This document shows, piece after piece, positions 32,244 to 35,127 of a stretch of 35,127 nucleotides of DNA (its first letter is position 1; every line of letters begins with the position of its first letter). The DNA is from Bdellovibrionota bacterium (lineage in GTDB: Bacteria; Bdellovibrionota; Bdellovibrionia; Bdellovibrionales; Bdellovibrionaceae), in contig JAZKJI010000179.1 in assembly GCA_040384405.1 (NCBI GenBank), positions 9,317 to 44,443 of the forward strand, read 5' to 3'. The notes under the pieces are model-generated. The model worked only from the letters and a program-made list of their open reading frames with translations. It ran no database searches and was not told the DNA's origin. The position numbers were made by a program, and so were the translations under genes.

Positions 32244-32840
32244 ATGAAGCTGATACTTGTAGGAACCGACAGAAAAGGATCGAATTCTCGCAAAGTCGGC
32301 GACTACGTTAAAGCTCTCTACGATAAAACGGGCGAACAAACTGTACTTTTAGATCTTACCGATATTGATTTAATGAAAGAACTCTCCGGACCCCATTACG
32401 GAAAGCCCACTACTCCGGTACGCATTCAAACGGCACTTAATTTATTTAATCAAGCAGATGGCGTTGTTGTCATAACTCCGGAATATAACGGATCAATTCC
32501 TGGTGCACTAAAGTACTATATCGATCATTTAAAATATCCCGAATCTTTTGAGTACCGGCCCATTTGTTACATTGGCCTTGGCGGAATGTTCGGGGGGCTT
32601 AGATCAGTTGAGCATCTTCAGCAGATTTTTGGATTTCGTAATGGCTACCAGTTCCCATTAAGAGTATTCATTATGAACGTTTGGAAGGTTTGGACTGATG
32701 CGGGTCCTAGTGACCCATTAATCGCAACTTTATTGCAGCAACAAACTGAGGGGTTTATCAATTTTTGTAAGGCCCTTAAAGATCATCAACTCGACGCAAA
32801 TTCTGTTTTGCGGAAAAAAGGAATCTCCCCAGGAATATAA
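32244..32840 (+). CDS. NAD(P)H-dependent FMN reductase family (flavodoxin-like fold) oxidoreductase
   Basis: MKLILVGTDRKGSNSRKV and VVVITPEYNGSIPGALKYYIDHL (FMN_red signature). AAGGAG RBS before ATG 32244; the track's GTG 32220 is less likely. Confidence 0.8.
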   Translation: MKLILVGTDRKGSNSRKVGDYVKALYDKTGEQTVLLDLTDIDLMKELSGPHYGKPTTPVRIQTALNLFNQADGVVVITPEYNGSIPGALKYYIDHLKYPESFEYRPICYIGLGGMFGGLRSVEHLQQIFGFRNGYQFPLRVFIMNVWKVWTDAGPSDPLIATLLQQQTEGFINFCKALKDHQLDANSVLRKKGISPGI

Positions 32841-34741
32841 TGTTAGCTCAACAAACGAAACCCAACATGCGAAACCTTTCGATCCTAGCGCTCGGTGCTT
32901 TAGGGGTGGTATTTGGTGATATCGGGACAAGTCCTCTTTACGCTTTAAGAGAATGTTTTAACCCCGAGCATGGATTAGTTTTTTCATCCCAAAATGTTTT
33001 CGGAGTTTTATCTCTAGTGTTTTGGGCACTGATTATAATCGTTTGCTTGAAATACATGATCTTCATTCTACGAGCGGACAATAGGGGCGAGGGCGGGATT
33101 TTATCATTGATGGCGCTGGCTATGCGAAGTGCTCCGGCAGATGAAAGTTCAAAGCGCAGGGTTGCTTTGCTGATCTTAGGGGTTTTCGGATCCGCCCTAT
33201 TATATGGTGACGGAGTCATAACTCCCGCGATCTCGGTTCTCTCTGCCGTCGAGGGGTTAGAGTACATTACTCCATTTTTTAAACCTTACGTCGTGCCATT
33301 AACTTTATTTTTGATAAACGGACTTTTTTTGGTTCAGAGATTTGGTACGGCCCATATTGGCAGGGTCTTCGGTCCCATCATTTTGATTTGGTTTGTGGTA
33401 TTAGGGGCATTAGGTATTTACGGAATCTCTTTAAATCCAGAAGTATTGCAAGCCGTGAATCCCTATCATGCCGTGATGTTTTTTGTTAATAACGGAACCG
33501 CGTCCTTTCTGGTTTTAGGTTCAGTCGTACTAGTTGTTACGGGTGGAGAATCACTTTACGCAGACATGGGTCATTTCGGAAAAACTCCCATCAGATGGGC
33601 TTGGTTTACCGTCGCACTTCCTGGTTTAATGCTTAATTATTTTGGGCAAGGTGCGTTGTTGTTAACTAAACCTGAAGCCATTGAAAGCTTAAAAAATCCA
33701 TTTTACTTTTTAGCACCTTCTTGGGCGCTGATTCCATTGGTCGTACTTGCAACGATGGCTTCGGTCATTGCTTCCCAAGCTTTGATTTCAGGTGTTTTTT
33801 CCATCACCCGCCAGGCGATTCAATTAGGTTTTTGGCCACGATTAACAATTGTTCATACCTCAAGCCAAGAAATCGGTCAGATCTATATTCCATTTATGAA
33901 CTGGGCGATGTTTTTAGGTGTCGTTTGGTTAGTTATAACTTTTAAGAGTTCAAGTAATTTGGCGTCGGCCTACGGTATTGCAGTGACGGGAACTATGGTC
34001 ATTACAACAACCATTGCGGCCATCGTTGCTAGAAATCGTTGGCAGTGGAGTTGGACTCGGGTCGCTTTGGTTTACGGTGTTTTTGTTTTTGTCGACTTAT
34101 CATTCTTCGGGGCTAACTCATTAAAAATCGTTCACGGCGGATGGGTGCCAATCGCGATTGCATCGTTAGTTTATTTATTGATGACAACCTGGAGACGGGG
34201 AAGACGGGTACTTTCAAACCGCTTAAAAGAACGTTCGGTTTCAATCGAAGAATTTTGCCAAAGAATTTTGCGTCAGCCACCATTAAGAATTTCAGGGACC
34301 GCAATTTACATGGCGGGCGATCCTTGGGGTATTCCGGTTCCGCTATTACATAATTTGAAACATAACAAAGTTCTGCACGAGCGCATCGCTTTACTAACAA
34401 TCACCACCAAAGAAGTTCCAACCGTTCCAAAGAGCGACCGGGTATTTATTCAAGAAATTATTCCTAACCTATACCGGATCGTTGCAAGTTATGGGTTTAT
34501 GGAAACGCCAAAGATGAAACATATATTAGAAGCATGCCGTATGAACGACATTCATTTCAAAGTTCACGAAACAACTTTCGTTCTTGGAAGAGAAACAATC
34601 CTGCCAGGCCCGTTGCCTAACATGCCACTGTGGCAGGAAAAATTATTTGCATTGATGTCGCGAAACGCGCAAAGGCCAACGGCCTTCTTTAAAATCCCGC
34701 CTAATCAAGTGATCGAAGTGGGTATTCAAATTGAAATCTAA
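32840..34741 (+). CDS. kup: KUP/HAK/KT-family potassium uptake transporter
   Basis: ALGVVFGDIGTSPLYALRECF, GEGGILSLMAL, TGGESLYADMGHFG, and a C-terminal cytoplasmic domain. The start overlaps the preceding stop by 1 nt (TAATG). Confidence 0.95.
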   Translation: MLAQQTKPNMRNLSILALGALGVVFGDIGTSPLYALRECFNPEHGLVFSSQNVFGVLSLVFWALIIIVCLKYMIFILRADNRGEGGILSLMALAMRSAPADESSKRRVALLILGVFGSALLYGDGVITPAISVLSAVEGLEYITPFFKPYVVPLTLFLINGLFLVQRFGTAHIGRVFGPIILIWFVVLGALGIYGISLNPEVLQAVNPYHAVMFFVNNGTASFLVLGSVVLVVTGGESLYADMGHFGKTPIRWAWFTVALPGLMLNYFGQGALLLTKPEAIESLKNPFYFLAPSWALIPLVVLATMASVIASQALISGVFSITRQAIQLGFWPRLTIVHTSSQEIGQIYIPFMNWAMFLGVVWLVITFKSSSNLASAYGIAVTGTMVITTTIAAIVARNRWQWSWTRVALVYGVFVFVDLSFFGANSLKIVHGGWVPIAIASLVYLLMTTWRRGRRVLSNRLKERSVSIEEFCQRILRQPPLRISGTAIYMAGDPWGIPVPLLHNLKHNKVLHERIALLTITTKEVPTVPKSDRVFIQEIIPNLYRIVASYGFMETPKMKHILEACRMNDIHFKVHETTFVLGRETILPGPLPNMPLWQEKLFALMSRNAQRPTAFFKIPPNQVIEVGIQIEI

Positions 34742-34809
34742 TCGATTTTAATCCGCTTGTAAAAAACCTAAGGTAAGTAGTGAATGGAAAATGATGAATA
34801 GCCTAATGA

Positions 34810-35127
34810 TTATTCATCGTCATAACTGCGAAGGACTTCTTTTTCGGCAGCCATTGCATCATCATATCCAAGCTCGATAATTTCTTTACAGAATTCACCT
34901 TCAAACAATAAATAACTAATGATCTCGCTGGCTTCTTCGAGACTACCCAAACCTTTGAGTAGGTAGCGAATCATACGGGGAAGCTTGTTAGATTTCTTAA
35001 ACGCCATTTCACCAATATCGCGGCTCGGAGAAATCCAAACATACTTAACCGGTTTATATGGAAGTTTTTCTTGGATAGCCGTGGGAACATTTTTTAGAAA
35101 TTGATTAACCCGCGCCATTCGTTCGAC
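34810..35127 (-). CDS. Hypothetical protein, C-terminal part. The frame stays open to the right edge, so the gene probably begins outside the window.
   Basis: The frame is open from the window edge (VER-MARVNQF...). The tail ...WISPSRDIGEMAF...EIIELGYDDAMAAEKEV is faintly reminiscent of the C-termini of patatin-like phospholipases, but I cannot support that assignment. Confidence 0.5.
   Translation of the reverse strand, partial: VERMARVNQFLKNVPTAIQEKLPYKPVKYVWISPSRDIGEMAFKKSNKLPRMIRYLLKGLGSLEEASEIISYLLFEGEFCKEIIELGYDDAMAAEKEVLRSYDDE

Noticed and set aside
32938-33267. 109-aa minus-strand ORF inside kup
   Set aside because: It is antisense to strongly conserved Kup sequence and has no independent support.
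34793-34818. GATGAATA-n10-TATTCATC inverted repeat after kup as a terminator
   Set aside because: The stem is AT-rich and has no U-tract, and its second arm lies inside the last codons of the convergent gene. That is too weak to call a terminator.
1-35127. Search for mobile elements, CRISPR arrays, tRNA/rRNA genes, toxin-antitoxin pairs and known defence-system signatures
   Set aside because: By eye I saw no transposase, integrase or recombinase-like ORFs, no long inverted or direct repeats, no regularly spaced repeats, no cloverleaf-like intergenic sequences and no small two-gene TA-like cassettes. The window appears to be core genome.

Overview
This window is a densely packed bacterial segment that looks chromosomal and is moderately AT-rich by eye. 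Its mix of secreted hydrolases, PilZ and Cys-rich-repeat proteins suggests a Bdellovibrio-like or related Gram-negative organism, but I cannot verify that. I can support about 37 protein-coding genes on both strands. Many are joined by 1-22 nt start/stop overlaps. I also call a few hairpin terminators and two NrdR-type operator boxes. I saw no rRNA, tRNA, CRISPR array, transposase, integrase, phage gene or recognisable defence or toxin module. Most of the content is core housekeeping: metG, trpS, nrdAB, scpAB, kup, a membrane pyrophosphatase, yebC, sufE, rluF-like, an acyl-CoA dehydrogenase and plsC. This is therefore not a classical accessory island, and I do not claim a clear novel system. 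Six things deserve a second look. (1) A TIGR01212 (Elp3-like) radical SAM gene sits 28 nt from, and divergent to, a stand-alone MnmC-methyltransferase-domain (MnmD-like) gene, which may form a wobble-uridine tRNA modification pair. (2) A trmO/tsaA gene hidden from the ORF track is interrupted by an in-frame TAA at codon 13, inside a metG-trmH-trmO coupled operon. (3) At the left edge, an Ig-like repeat fragment and an hppA gene lacking its N-terminal third meet head to head, both 5'-truncated. (4) About 550 nt of non-coding sequence lies upstream of nrdA, with tandem NrdR boxes 32 bp apart and a repeat- and hairpin-rich leader. (5) A flavodoxin-fold FMN reductase is translationally coupled to Kup. 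(6) Several signal-peptide-bearing enzymes are present, including a PAD/agmatine-deiminase-like protein and a metzincin-like protein with an archaemetzincin-style HExxHxxGxxxC motif. All functional calls rest on motif recognition by eye. No database search was possible.
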